Shown piece by piece: positions 38,000 to 47,578 of a stretch of DNA of 52,931 bases. Source of the stretch: Chthoniobacterales bacterium (lineage in GTDB: Bacteria; Verrucomicrobiota; Verrucomicrobiia; Chthoniobacterales; JBDTJR01); the NCBI GenBank assembly GCA_039935735.1, contig JBDTJR010000010.1:1-52931 (forward strand), in the 5' to 3' direction. Both the position numbers and the translations under genes were made by a program. Below the pieces are notes generated by a model. The model worked only from the letters and a program-made list of their open reading frames with translations. It made no database searches and was not told the DNA's origin. How positions within the stretch are numbered: the stretch's first letter is position 1; every line of letters begins with the position of its first letter.

Positions 38000-38377
38000 C
38001 TACTTCTTGCAGGCGATCACATCGATCTCCACCTTGATCTCGCCCAGGCCGCTCTGCACGGTCGTACGGACGGGAAGAATAGTGCCCGCAAAAAACTTCT
38101 GATATGCCGCATCGAAACGGTCAAAATCATCAAAGTTTGCCAGGTGACAAGTGCTCTTAACAATATCGGCACGCGTGCAGCCCGCCTGTTTCAAAACGCG
38201 TTCCACGTTTTCCAACGTAAGCTGGGTCTCTTCTTCGATCGTGCCCTCCTTGTATTCGCCGGTCTGCATATCCAGCGAACCCTGGCCGCTGACGAATACA
38301 AATCCGTTAGCTTCGATTCCGGCGGAGTAACTGCCGGTGTTTGCGTCTTTGTTTGGATCTCTGATTTCTTTTTTCAT
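38000..38377 (-). CDS. ridA: RidA/YjgF-family reactive enamine/imine deaminase
   Basis: 125 aa. GFVFVSGQ, the ARTTVQ-like PVRTTVQ, and a terminal EIDVIA pattern. Confidence 0.9.
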   Translation of the reverse strand: MKKEIRDPNKDANTGSYSAGIEANGFVFVSGQGSLDMQTGEYKEGTIEEETQLTLENVERVLKQAGCTRADIVKSTCHLANFDDFDRFDAAYQKFFAGTILPVRTTVQSGLGEIKVEIDVIACKK

Positions 38378-38395
38378 AAAATTTATTTTTGAACT

Positions 38396-41179
38396 TTAAA
38401 AAAGGTCGTTACCTTTCAACAGGATCATCTCTACACCGCGAAGTGGAACTTTTACAGTCAGTTTCCCATTCGCAAATTCCGATATCAGGTTACCACTACG
38501 CACACCCGTGACACTCTCAGGTTTGTTGCGACATGCAATTTCCACCGTCACTGGATAAGGCTCAATAGTATCAAGATCGACATCCGTACTTAAAGGATTG
38601 GGATGCTTCCTTCCCAAATTACCCAATCCGTAATCGACAAGACCCACGGCGGAGGCGTCCTTGTTCACTGTAACACGTCCGCTGATCATGGTATCACTTA
38701 CCTTGACCGTTGAGGGCAAGGTCGTCGCTGGAAGCGTTGCAAATTCGCGTTGCGTTGCGTTTTGCGCCAGGATCGTTGGGAAAATATCCCGCAGGTTATG
38801 CTCATAAGTCGCACGCATGTAGCTTAATCCTGGAGCGAGTCCATATTGATAAACCACTCCCTGTCCTTTCTTCGTTTTGACAAGCGCAGGTGAACCATCT
38901 GAAAAAGTCGCAAGGATTTCTGTCTCTGCTTCCGGAGTAATCTTCGACTTCTGGCAGATCACCTCAATGGTCTTGCCGTTCCATATGACTTTATCGAGAG
39001 GAACAATCGCTCCGGCGTTCCCGATTCCTCCACGCAGGGCATCGTTTTTGACGGATTGAAGCCCTGCGATGCCGAATACCTTCGCACCACTGGTGACCGG
39101 TTCATCAAATTCATTGCGAACCTCCGGCACAGAACTCACCAGTGTACCGCCTTTATCAACATAGCCATCCAATGCGGACAGCGTCTCCTTGCGCATATCG
39201 GTACCAACTACAAAAAGCATCTGATAATCTTTTCCCATCCCATCAATGAGATCCTGCTCGGTTATGACATCGAGAGGAATTCCCGCATGCAGATATGCCA
39301 GATAAAGAGCCGCACATTTTTCATAAGCCGTGCGATCCCAAAGAATACACGAGCTGGGATAAACAATCGCTGCATGCGCTGGCTGCACCTTGCCACCTAC
39401 GACTACATTTTCAGCCAGCGCCAGTTCACGTGCAATTTTCGCGGCGCCCACAGCATTTTTTGGATTACAGATCCAACCGATTTCTCCACCTATAGGACTA
39501 TAAGGATAGAGAAAAAAGATCGTATTTCCCCGCATCAGGCGCTCGTAAAACTTAAAGAGATCGCGCGACGGAGCCGAGACGCCATCAAAGCCAAAGATAG
39601 GATAGTCGCCGATGGGAATATTCCGGTATTTTGCCTGCGACCGCATCTGCTCCGCATACCATGCCGTGATTCCCGCCCCTCCTGGTTCAATCTCAAGCCA
39701 GTCTTCGCCCCACACTACGCCTAAACCGGGGCGGCGATATAGCTCCCACAAATCAATGGTATTCCCCGTATAATATTCAAAACACGACCAGTTTACCTTT
39801 GAGAGAAGATGCGGATTCAATTCCGTAAAAATCTTCATCGAGCTATCCCAGAAATTGATCTGCTCATCCATCTGGAATTGACGGGACAATGTAGAAAGTC
39901 GTTTTTGCGATATATTGGGAGCAATGCACTTCACCTGCTCCCATGCTCCCACTCCGGCATCCTGTGGTGTGAGATTCCTTTTCTTCATCCACTCCACAAA
40001 AGTCGCATCCACGGCAGGAGTCTTCGGCAACTCCGTAAATCGTGGCTCGTCCGCGCCATTCACAAGTGTGGGAATCGCAATGTTCTTCACCGCGTCTGCA
40101 TTCTTGCGAATGATCGCTTCGATTTGTGGTGTAAAATGAAAGTCAGGAGCGTTGGCATAGAACGGCGCACTAAACAGCCCGTAAGTAGCGCCCATCGCCG
40201 CTCTATCGGATTCCAGTTCATCGAGAATGAAATTCCCATTAAGTCCGATTGCCCGCGCCATCTTGATTTCTGTATGCAGGGTATCGTAGTTAGGCTGATC
40301 GCGATTTTGAATCGATGCCGCAATGAACCATATTTTTTGCGGCACGGGACCTGTCAAACTTGCCTTTGCAAGAGCGTCAATGTTTTGTTGAAACATATCC
40401 TGGAGGGTTAACAGGGAAAAAGAACCGTCCACCGCAGGAACCATGAAACAATATTCCTTACAGGGTTTTGCTCCAACGACCTTGATTGCTTTAAGCGGTT
40501 TTTTGCCATCGGCATCCGCATAAAATTCGATGTCTGCATTCACAGAGTCGAGAAAAGAAAACGCCATGGTGCAGCGCTCGCGCACTTCCTGCGGAAAAGC
40601 GGCGACTACCGTGGCTTCGCCAGGTTTTAACTCTCCGGTCTTAGCATCGAATCCTGTAGGAGAGCCATATCCTATGTTAACTCCGGCTCCCATAGTCCGT
40701 ATAACGCCCACCGAGGCGCGAAGCACTTTATCTCCGTTATTTCGAATGCGAAAATAGATCACTGCATCCTGATTGCGAAAAGCCGCGATGTAGTTAGGAT
40801 CAGTGGTGGCAAACATCCCGTCAAACTTTGCTCCATCGAGAGGCTCCACCATGATAGAGGCAGGCCCGCCATCCGCCTCGCCCACCGGCATCACAGCTAC
40901 CGTCGTGCTTGCCAAAGGAACTGTCGAGATAACCGTGATCCACCCAAACGACGGGATCGTCACTTCCTGCTGTGTCGTGCCATTCTCCGTCTTGAAGCTT
41001 ATACGGAACTTCCCCTCTCCTCGCAGATGCGAGTAAACAGCGAATGGCGTATTTTTAACCGGTCCGGCAATCCATACGGAAGGCTTGTCGATGGCACGTG
41101 TCCAGTCGCCGACTTCGACCTCGGCAGCATGGAGCGAGAGACAAGTTAGAAGCAGTGTGAAGAGGTGGATTTTGCGCAT
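38396..41179 (-). CDS. Large secreted protein with a GH42-like (beta-galactosidase-type) central region and an uncharacterised N-terminal region of about 280 aa
   Basis: Signal peptide. The segment AAIVYPSS..W......YLAYLHAGIPLDVI....L....YQMLFVVG......L..LDGYVDKGGTLV closely follows the GH42 trimerisation (class-I glutaminase-like) domain pattern, with a TIM-barrel-sized region upstream. The family call is tentative. Confidence 0.5.
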   Translation of the reverse strand: MRKIHLFTLLLTCLSLHAAEVEVGDWTRAIDKPSVWIAGPVKNTPFAVYSHLRGEGKFRISFKTENGTTQQEVTIPSFGWITVISTVPLASTTVAVMPVGEADGGPASIMVEPLDGAKFDGMFATTDPNYIAAFRNQDAVIYFRIRNNGDKVLRASVGVIRTMGAGVNIGYGSPTGFDAKTGELKPGEATVVAAFPQEVRERCTMAFSFLDSVNADIEFYADADGKKPLKAIKVVGAKPCKEYCFMVPAVDGSFSLLTLQDMFQQNIDALAKASLTGPVPQKIWFIAASIQNRDQPNYDTLHTEIKMARAIGLNGNFILDELESDRAAMGATYGLFSAPFYANAPDFHFTPQIEAIIRKNADAVKNIAIPTLVNGADEPRFTELPKTPAVDATFVEWMKKRNLTPQDAGVGAWEQVKCIAPNISQKRLSTLSRQFQMDEQINFWDSSMKIFTELNPHLLSKVNWSCFEYYTGNTIDLWELYRRPGLGVVWGEDWLEIEPGGAGITAWYAEQMRSQAKYRNIPIGDYPIFGFDGVSAPSRDLFKFYERLMRGNTIFFLYPYSPIGGEIGWICNPKNAVGAAKIARELALAENVVVGGKVQPAHAAIVYPSSCILWDRTAYEKCAALYLAYLHAGIPLDVITEQDLIDGMGKDYQMLFVVGTDMRKETLSALDGYVDKGGTLVSSVPEVRNEFDEPVTSGAKVFGIAGLQSVKNDALRGGIGNAGAIVPLDKVIWNGKTIEVICQKSKITPEAETEILATFSDGSPALVKTKKGQGVVYQYGLAPGLSYMRATYEHNLRDIFPTILAQNATQREFATLPATTLPSTVKVSDTMISGRVTVNKDASAVGLVDYGLGNLGRKHPNPLSTDVDLDTIEPYPVTVEIACRNKPESVTGVRSGNLISEFANGKLTVKVPLRGVEMILLKGNDLF

Positions 41180-41194
41180 AAAATTCGTCCCGAT

Positions 41195-41227
41195 ACCTCA
41201 CCACTTTTGCGGAAAAAGGGATGAGGT
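41195..41227 (-). other. Intercistronic stem-loop between the PhyH-like and GH42-like genes
   Basis: Minus-sense RNA reads ACCUCAUCCCUUUU-UCCGC-AAAAGUGGUGAGGU: 14-position stem with 12 Watson-Crick pairs, 1 G-U and 1 mismatch. Pairing is better in the transcribed sense. No T-tract directly follows. Confidence 0.45.
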
Positions 41228-41244
41228 CGAGAACAAATTGCGCT

Positions 41245-42042
41245 CTATATCCCGTTGGGCTGTGTTGCTCCGCGCACCAGTGTATAACTACGTGCTTTTT
41301 TGCCGGGAAGGAGTCTGCAATGCGCGCTGGCATAGTGGACTTGAAGCGAGCGACGACGGGATCCGGAACGGTTTGTCGGAGTATAGTGAAAGACCCGACT
41401 CGAGAAAAGTAGGACATCTCCCGGCTCCATTGGTAAAGCCACCTTTTCAAAGTGCTCCATGAATTCAGGACTTATAACCTTGTGCGGCGTACCTTCTTTT
41501 TGCGCATGGTCTACCACCGGTAGGCGATGCGTTCCCGGCCATACAAACATACATCCGTTCTCCTCAGTCGCACGATCAAGCGCCCACCAGGTACCAACAA
41601 CCTGATCGAACGGTTCGATTTCGAAATACGCTGCGTCCTGATGAAGCGGTTTTTCAGATCCGATGAAAGGAGGCTTAATTAACGCCATATCTTGAAGAAC
41701 TTTTATGTCCTCTCCGAGCAACGATACGAGCGCTTCGGAGACAGACGCGTTTTTTACGAGTCTCAGAAAGCGATCATCGCTGGAAGCTTTCTGGTGAAAA
41801 CCACGTACGGCCAGCAATCGCTCTTCATCTGTAAGAGCTTCGGGTTTCCGGTTTTTGAGAATTTCCTCTTCATAGGAAACTTCCAGAGGATGTTTTATGA
41901 TATAGTCATCGATTGACTCTTTTGCGAATTCAACCGTTTCAAGATCAACGAGCCCGCGAACTACAAGATAACCCTGCTGGTGATAATCAGCGACCTGTTG
42001 GGCTGTTAGCGTACCGTAAGGAGATAAGGATTTTGCCTTCAT
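41245..42042 (-). CDS. Phytanoyl-CoA dioxygenase (PhyH) family Fe(II)/2-oxoglutarate oxygenase
   Basis: YHQQGYLVVRGL N-terminus, HQDAAYF (HxD) and a distal His in FSSRVFHYT. Confidence 0.8.
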   Translation of the reverse strand: MKAKSLSPYGTLTAQQVADYHQQGYLVVRGLVDLETVEFAKESIDDYIIKHPLEVSYEEEILKNRKPEALTDEERLLAVRGFHQKASSDDRFLRLVKNASVSEALVSLLGEDIKVLQDMALIKPPFIGSEKPLHQDAAYFEIEPFDQVVGTWWALDRATEENGCMFVWPGTHRLPVVDHAQKEGTPHKVISPEFMEHFEKVALPMEPGDVLLFSSRVFHYTPTNRSGSRRRSLQVHYASAHCRLLPGKKARSYTLVRGATQPNGI

Positions 42043-42074
42043 GGTTCATACACTATCAGAATGCGCTCTGCTGA

Positions 42075-42109
42075 CCATGCCGGAGCCGCTCAGCTATTGT
42101 CTTTTCCCA
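42075..42109 (-). promoter_or_regulatory. Copy C of the bipartite island element, abutting the AraC stop and upstream of the PhyH-like gene
   Basis: The plus strand reads CCATGCCGGAG-N10-ATTGTCTTTTCCCA. The distal block is 14/14 identical to copies A and B, the proximal block matches 8/11, and the block starts are 21 bp apart as in A and B. Confidence 0.5.
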
Positions 42110-42973
42110 TCACCGGTTCGATGTGCGGAAATGCCCGGGAGTACTGCCCGCAACTTTCTTAAACTGACGACAAAAATGCGCTGTCTCGCGGTACCCCAGA
42201 TCAGCCGCAATCGCTTCCACCGTATAGGGCGACTCCAGCAAGAGCAACTTCGCCCGTTCCATCCGACGATGAAGAAAAAATTGCTTGGGAGATTTACCAA
42301 AACATACCTGCATCCGGCGTCTGAATGTATTGGCGGAAATGCCACACATCCGGGCAAGCTTCTCCGTGCTGGGATCAAGCTCTCCCGTTTGCATGGGATA
42401 AGTCAGGGCAGGAATGAGATCCTGATAGGAAATGGGCGCAGTCTGTAAGTCATCACTGTGCCCGTCCTCACGAATCAACCAAAGAATCGACCTCAGTAAA
42501 TTATTGCTCAGGTTATCATGAGTCGGGGAAAGCAACATCCCTGCACGGATGGCACGCGGTGAAATCGAATTGGTCACGCGTAACATCAATTGCTCAAGAA
42601 GAGGGAACCCGGAGACTTCCATACAAATCTTTGTTCGAAAAGTGGCAGGCAGACTCACTTTATTCCCCTTGGAATTTTGCAACTCGAAACGCACGACCGA
42701 AGTGACGAGAGGCTTCCGTTCGTTGTGGGTGATGCCATAAGTCTCACCCGGTATGCCAAAGAGCAAACTGCCGCGCCGTAATTTGTAGGAACGGTCGGGA
42801 CAAGCCACTTCGCCAAGCCCTGCTCTCACCAGGAGAAGACGGTAATCAGGCCATGCGCGATAAGGAAGCACCCAGCCGCGGCCGCACTTGGAGCTGCTTG
42901 AAACAACAATCTTTAAACTTAATCTGGAAAGCTCCTGTCTGGCTTTGCGTGCGGGAATATTCCGCGTGGTCAT
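42110..42973 (-). CDS. AraC-family transcriptional regulator (cupin-like sensor plus dual HTH)
   Basis: The C-terminal region SANTFRRRMQVCFGKSPKQFF...LGYRETAHFCRQFKKVAGSTPGHFR is a canonical AraC/XylS HTH region. Confidence 0.85.
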   Translation of the reverse strand: MTTRNIPARKARQELSRLSLKIVVSSSSKCGRGWVLPYRAWPDYRLLLVRAGLGEVACPDRSYKLRRGSLLFGIPGETYGITHNERKPLVTSVVRFELQNSKGNKVSLPATFRTKICMEVSGFPLLEQLMLRVTNSISPRAIRAGMLLSPTHDNLSNNLLRSILWLIREDGHSDDLQTAPISYQDLIPALTYPMQTGELDPSTEKLARMCGISANTFRRRMQVCFGKSPKQFFLHRRMERAKLLLLESPYTVEAIAADLGYRETAHFCRQFKKVAGSTPGHFRTSNR

Positions 42974-43034
42974 GCGAGCAGCATAAAGAACCGTGCCGCG
43001 GATACCATTTAAAAAGCATCTTTAGCGGCAAGTC

Positions 43035-43820
43035 TTACAGCCAACGTATGATATCACCCCGAGAATCGAGCTTGCAACGAATCGTTCGTGCATCCACGCG
43101 TTCGACTCCCATACGAGCAGCATAGCCATCAGCCATATCGCTCCGATAGAATGTAAGCTCTGCCGTTATAGGAAGTTTTGGCTTAAAGGGCGAAAAGGAT
43201 TTTGCGTTCGATACCGCACGTTTTGCGGTTTTACGAATAATGTCGTGGGCTTTTTCAAGAGAGAGACATTTCGCCTTATTACGACATACCCCCCATTTAA
43301 CGACGGCGGTTTCCACTTTCCCGAGAGTCGCTTTAGCCTCGATCCCCGTTGTCCCATCTCCAGAAACCATGATTACCGGGACATCGAAATGCCCTGCGTA
43401 GGTCGCTTCGATCCCGATTTCTCCCACGACTTTTCCGTTGATGCGGAATTCGAACCATTCCCCGGAATTCATTGTATGATCGAGGAAGCCATTGATCGTC
43501 CCCGCTTTCGCGTGATGTCCGATAAGAATAACGCCGTCGAACGACTTATCCAGTGACGGCATGAGATTTCCCGGCCATATAGGAAGCTCATAAATTGCCC
43601 GAGGATCCATCTCAGCAATCCGCACCTGTCCACCACCGGCATGAGTGTCCGTCACAACCACCTCGGTAGCGCCGCCGGAAAAAGCACCATCGATTGCCGC
43701 ATTGATATCCCACATCATCAGCTTACGGCCTTCTTCATACTCTGGAGAAGCACTTTGCACCTGCGGCCATGTGCGAATGCCCGAGATACCTTCCATGTCC
43801 GCGAGAATGTAAATTTTCAT
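43035..43820 (-). CDS. M55-family D-aminopeptidase (DppA-type)
   Basis: MKIYILADMEGISGI N-terminus, VVVTDTHAGG and GHHAKAG match the Bacillus DppA-type peptidase M55. Confidence 0.85.
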   Translation of the reverse strand: MKIYILADMEGISGIRTWPQVQSASPEYEEGRKLMMWDINAAIDGAFSGGATEVVVTDTHAGGGQVRIAEMDPRAIYELPIWPGNLMPSLDKSFDGVILIGHHAKAGTINGFLDHTMNSGEWFEFRINGKVVGEIGIEATYAGHFDVPVIMVSGDGTTGIEAKATLGKVETAVVKWGVCRNKAKCLSLEKAHDIIRKTAKRAVSNAKSFSPFKPKLPITAELTFYRSDMADGYAARMGVERVDARTIRCKLDSRGDIIRWL

Positions 43821-43838
43821 AGTATGTGAATTAAATGC

Positions 43839-44699
43839 TTACTGCGCGAGTTCGTGACAACGCTTCAGATGCGCAAGATCGTCGCGTATCTGATCCGGCG
43901 TACAACCCGTCGGGATATGATGGTTTTCGTTGCTTACCCATCCATCATAACCCACTGCCTTAAATGCCTTGAAAACCGTAATCCAGTTTACAAATCCCGC
44001 TTTCATTTCAGCGGTATCGCGTTGCCATAATACGCCACCACTTTCCGTAGCTCCGCGGGCGGTAAGTCGCGCATTCTGGGCGTGGCAGTAAGCAAGATAA
44101 GGGCCGAGCAGTTCACAGCCCATCTGCCAGTTTTCAAAACCCTCCATTGCCATATTACCAGGATCATACATTACGGCCATGTGCTTCGGGTCGAGTCCAT
44201 CGAGGAGTCGATGTGCCAGCGAGGCAGATGGCGTGAGGCTACCGGCATGAAGTTCGAGTAATCCCTGAACTCCGGCGTCTTTGCACAAATCTGCAGCACG
44301 GGAAAAGTCCGCACGAGCGGTTTTGTACAACTCATGATAATTTGCCTGAGCGCGATACCATGTGCCACAGATTCGCAAACGTGGAGAGCCAAGTGCTTTC
44401 GCGATTTCGATAGAGACCTTCACGTCGTCGGGATCGTTCGCCTGACAGTAGGTGGCGAGGTTTGAAAACTCCAGCCCATTATTGCTCATGATACGTTTGT
44501 ATTCGGGAACAACTTTTTTCCAATTCTTTACATCGAGAGTTGTGCGATTGCTGCCCCAGAGATTGGGAATCAGAGGAAGTTCATCGGGTTGTGCGAGACA
44601 GCGCCACTCCACACCATCGTAACCGGCCTCCTTGATGAGTTTCGCAGCTTCGTCCGGCTTACACTGTGGAAGTGTCAAAGAAAAGAGTGAGTATTTCAT
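43839..44699 (-). CDS. Sugar phosphate isomerase/epimerase (xylose-isomerase-like TIM barrel)
   Basis: GYDGVEW, LRICG, LELHAGS, YDPGN and SNENHH patterns are typical of the family. Confidence 0.8.
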   Translation of the reverse strand: MKYSLFSLTLPQCKPDEAAKLIKEAGYDGVEWRCLAQPDELPLIPNLWGSNRTTLDVKNWKKVVPEYKRIMSNNGLEFSNLATYCQANDPDDVKVSIEIAKALGSPRLRICGTWYRAQANYHELYKTARADFSRAADLCKDAGVQGLLELHAGSLTPSASLAHRLLDGLDPKHMAVMYDPGNMAMEGFENWQMGCELLGPYLAYCHAQNARLTARGATESGGVLWQRDTAEMKAGFVNWITVFKAFKAVGYDGWVSNENHHIPTGCTPDQIRDDLAHLKRCHELAQ

Positions 44700-44727
44700 G
44701 ATAATTTTTAAATGGGTGATGGTGAAT

Positions 44728-45819
44728 TTAGATCCACGGGCAAAGTTTGCGGCATTTTTCCAGAACGGCGATTTGTCTTTGGATGCTTTCAGGCGTGACT
44801 ACAAGAGGAGTGCCTTTTTTGAGGGTCTTATATAAATCCTGGTAGAAAGGAATGTATTGAACCGGTTGATCCGGCGGAAGGGTCCATTTCTCTTCCGTCC
44901 AGTCATACTGTTCTGAATTGTAACTCCGGTCGGGAGTCGGCTGACGATCCACGGGGCGCGCGGGCAGTTTTGAGAAATCGACATATTTCCATGTGAGTTC
45001 TTTTTGAGTTCCAGTGAGTCCTCCCTCGGTCCCCATGACATGCCACATGTTCTGTGGGAAGGCGCAGCTTTTTGTGATTTCCACATCCACCACGGGTGCA
45101 CCTTCGGCACGTAGGACAACCTTCACATGATCTTCTGCATCGCCACTGGTGAGCGTACGATCAAGATGACAGAAAATTTCAGGTTCCGTGGAACCAAAAA
45201 ACTGCAACCCCTGGTCAATAAAATGCGCGCCGGAATTATTTAGTTCACCGCCGGAAAATTCCTTGAGAGTTTGCCAATCCCAGCGTCGGCCAAAACCATG
45301 AATGCAGATGCGGATCTGAACAATGCGGCCCAGTTTACCACTGGCAATAACCTCACGTAACTTTACAAAACTTGGCATGTAGCGATTTTGCTGAAAGCCT
45401 GTGAGCACTTTGCCCGCAGCTTTTGCGGCCTTCATCATTTGTGTGGCTTCGTCGCTGGTTGAGGAGAGCGGCTTTTCACAGATGACATTTTTATTCGCGG
45501 AAAAGGCTTGTAACGCCTGTTCGTAATGAAAGCGGCTGGGCGTTGCGAGCACTACGAGATCCACTTCGTTATCGGCAAGGAGAGACTCCAAATTTTCGTG
45601 AGCGCGACAACCGAATTTCGCGACAGCCTCCTGGCGACGTTCCTCGCTCTGATCGGTAACCGCAACAACCGCAAACTGCTCCGGCATACCCGCTAAGGTC
45701 AGCGCATGGATCGCCCATCCGCTTCGTCCCAGACCGACGATACCAACACGAACGGTATCATTCGTAATATGAGAATGGCAGTCCTTTGATTTTGCTTCAG
45801 AAATAGCTACTTCGCTCAT
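44728..45819 (-). CDS. Gfo/Idh/MocA-family NAD(P) oxidoreductase
   Basis: VRVGIVGLGRSG Rossmann motif, EKP (ICEKPL) signature and C-terminal alpha/beta domain. Start set to ATG 45819 (MSEVAIS), which leaves the conserved element intergenic; the track's 45927 start overlaps the upstream gene. Confidence 0.85.
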   Translation of the reverse strand: MSEVAISEAKSKDCHSHITNDTVRVGIVGLGRSGWAIHALTLAGMPEQFAVVAVTDQSEERRQEAVAKFGCRAHENLESLLADNEVDLVVLATPSRFHYEQALQAFSANKNVICEKPLSSTSDEATQMMKAAKAAGKVLTGFQQNRYMPSFVKLREVIASGKLGRIVQIRICIHGFGRRWDWQTLKEFSGGELNNSGAHFIDQGLQFFGSTEPEIFCHLDRTLTSGDAEDHVKVVLRAEGAPVVDVEITKSCAFPQNMWHVMGTEGGLTGTQKELTWKYVDFSKLPARPVDRQPTPDRSYNSEQYDWTEEKWTLPPDQPVQYIPFYQDLYKTLKKGTPLVVTPESIQRQIAVLEKCRKLCPWI

Positions 45820-45844
45820 AGTCCCTACCCTAATGCGCCGGGCC

Positions 45845-45888
45845 ACAAAAGCCATGTCGCAACGATCTATGAATTGTCTTTTCCCACC
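45845..45888 (-). promoter_or_regulatory. Copy A of the bipartite island element, upstream of the Gfo/Idh/MocA gene
   Basis: The plus strand reads ACAAAAGCCATGTCGCAA-N10-ATTGTCTTTTCCCACC, identical to copy B at 33 of 34 conserved positions. It ends 26 nt from the ATG. Confidence 0.55.
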
Positions 45889-45904
45889 ACTGAGGAAAAG
45901 ACGA

Positions 45905-46795
45905 CTAGAGAGCGGCTTTCGTTTCAAGAAGCTTTTTTAGACCGTCGCTGTAGACTTTATCCATCTCAGCACTTGTGAAAGCACGGTCCGTGAAAAAACC
46001 AAAATCATCCACCTCGCCACCTGCTTCGAGATTGTAAAAAGCCGCAATGACGGCATCTCCGGTAGCCGCAGAAATACTCGTAGGGCCATCGACCCCGGTC
46101 TCCTGAGTGGCGATGGGAAGTCCATTCACGTAAAAAACCATTTTTCCCTCATCAAACGTCATTCCCATTTGAATCCATATCCCCTGAAGAACGGAATTAA
46201 AGCGCGGCGAACGAAAGGTAACGCGGCCTTTGCCTGCGGGGAAAAAATTGAAAAAGAGCGCCTTATATTCCTCACTGTATCCAAAAGAAAAGAATCCCTC
46301 ACCTGCACCTGCGGATCCGCGACCAACACTCCATAAAAGGTAGCCCGGTGGAAAACCGAGAGGCTGCACCATATTGTTTGGAGTATTTTCACGGGCAGAC
46401 TCCGGACGCGGAGCGTTGCGACGCATGAAAATATAAAATCCTTTTGTCGAATTAGGAGGACGAATCCACGCCGTGATCGTCATCTTATGGAGCTCACCAT
46501 TGAAAGCCGCAGAAGCGGAGGCAAGCCCAGCGCGGGGGGCGCGTCCCCAGTTTGTCTGCGCCTCACTTTTGCCCTCTTCTGGAAGCTCGATCACCATACA
46601 GCCGCTACCGAATTTCGGATCGTCAGCCGTCTGATGCGTTTTTCCGACATAGTGAAGAACAAGTGCCCCGGAGATGGAATTCGTTGGAGCTGCCGGATCG
46701 CGGTTATCGTCGAAGTAATAAACATTATCAACAGCACACGCCACGTCCACTGTGAGAATCAGCATACAAAGAGAAAATGGGAGGACTTTCATCAC
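45905..46795 (-). CDS. Secreted LamG (Laminin_G_3 / ConA-like) protein, paralog A
   Basis: Signal peptide. Blocks DNVYYFDDNRDPAAPTNS, PKFGSGCM, HKMTITAWIRP, WIQMGMTFDEGKMVFYVNGLP, VDDFGFFTDRAFTSAEMDKVYSDGL. Carries a central insertion of about 40 aa relative to B-D. Confidence 0.8.
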   Translation of the reverse strand: MMKVLPFSLCMLILTVDVACAVDNVYYFDDNRDPAAPTNSISGALVLHYVGKTHQTADDPKFGSGCMVIELPEEGKSEAQTNWGRAPRAGLASASAAFNGELHKMTITAWIRPPNSTKGFYIFMRRNAPRPESARENTPNNMVQPLGFPPGYLLWSVGRGSAGAGEGFFSFGYSEEYKALFFNFFPAGKGRVTFRSPRFNSVLQGIWIQMGMTFDEGKMVFYVNGLPIATQETGVDGPTSISAATGDAVIAAFYNLEAGGEVDDFGFFTDRAFTSAEMDKVYSDGLKKLLETKAAL

Positions 46796-46804
46796 TGGGG
46801 AATA

Positions 46805-47578
46805 TTAGGGAGAAGATTTTGTTTTGAGAAACTCATCCAGCCCGTTGTTGTAAATTTTCTCAATATCCGCTGCAGAAAGCACACGATCTGTGAAAAGCCC
46901 GAAGTCATCGACATTACTGCCTCGCGGAAGATTGTAAAATCCCTCCAAAACTGCAGCCGCCTTTATCTCAGGAATGAAGACATTCCCCAGATCAGTTCCA
47001 CCAACAGGAAGCCCATTAATATAAAAAGCGACCTTCCCCTCATTGAAAGTCATAGCCATATGCATCCATTCACCTCCAAGCACACATAAAAACTTATCAG
47101 AATTAATGCCGTAGAATTTTCTGTCTTTTCCGACGAAAGAAAAGGAATAACAATTATAAGGCGTCGGAAAATAACGAAACAGCATCGTGCCCTCAGGAGC
47201 GGGATAGGCAATGCGACTGAGAACGCAAAGCTCCCTCGAAGTAAGAGAGGGGCGAATCCATGTCACCACGCTCATTTTATGAATGGCTCCGTTCCATTCA
47301 TTGAGGAGCGAGGTGAAGCCTGCATGATGCTGAAGCTTGTCCGCAGGATCACCCATAACCTCCATACTCCCCTGACCGAACTTATGCTGTGTAGTGGTCT
47401 GACGCGTATCGGCGTTAAAATGCATCGCCTGTGTTGCGCCGCCCGAGTTCGCAGGCACGGTCGGATCCGCATTATTTTCAAAGAAATAATAAAGATTGAA
47501 ATCAGGTGCCGCTACGGCCACTCCCGTTAAAAGAAAAATCAGGCAAATACAAAAAAGACGGATCATGAGTGCAAACAT
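46805..47578 (-). CDS. Secreted LamG (Laminin_G_3 / ConA-like) protein, paralog B
   Basis: About 70% aa identity to paralog C by eye. Start taken at ATG 47578, overlapping C's stop as TGATG; the track's 47581 start is TTG. Confidence 0.8.
   Translation of the reverse strand: MFALMIRLFCICLIFLLTGVAVAAPDFNLYYFFENNADPTVPANSGGATQAMHFNADTRQTTTQHKFGQGSMEVMGDPADKLQHHAGFTSLLNEWNGAIHKMSVVTWIRPSLTSRELCVLSRIAYPAPEGTMLFRYFPTPYNCYSFSFVGKDRKFYGINSDKFLCVLGGEWMHMAMTFNEGKVAFYINGLPVGGTDLGNVFIPEIKAAAVLEGFYNLPRGSNVDDFGLFTDRVLSAADIEKIYNNGLDEFLKTKSSP

Noticed and set aside
37299-40411. Long antisense ORFs 37299-37904, 37847-38392, 39056-39724 and 39809-40411 (181-222 aa)
   Set aside because: Each is fully embedded opposite a gene with clear family motifs (HADH, RidA, GH42-like). 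The products are Arg/Ser/Cys/His-rich with no recognisable domain.
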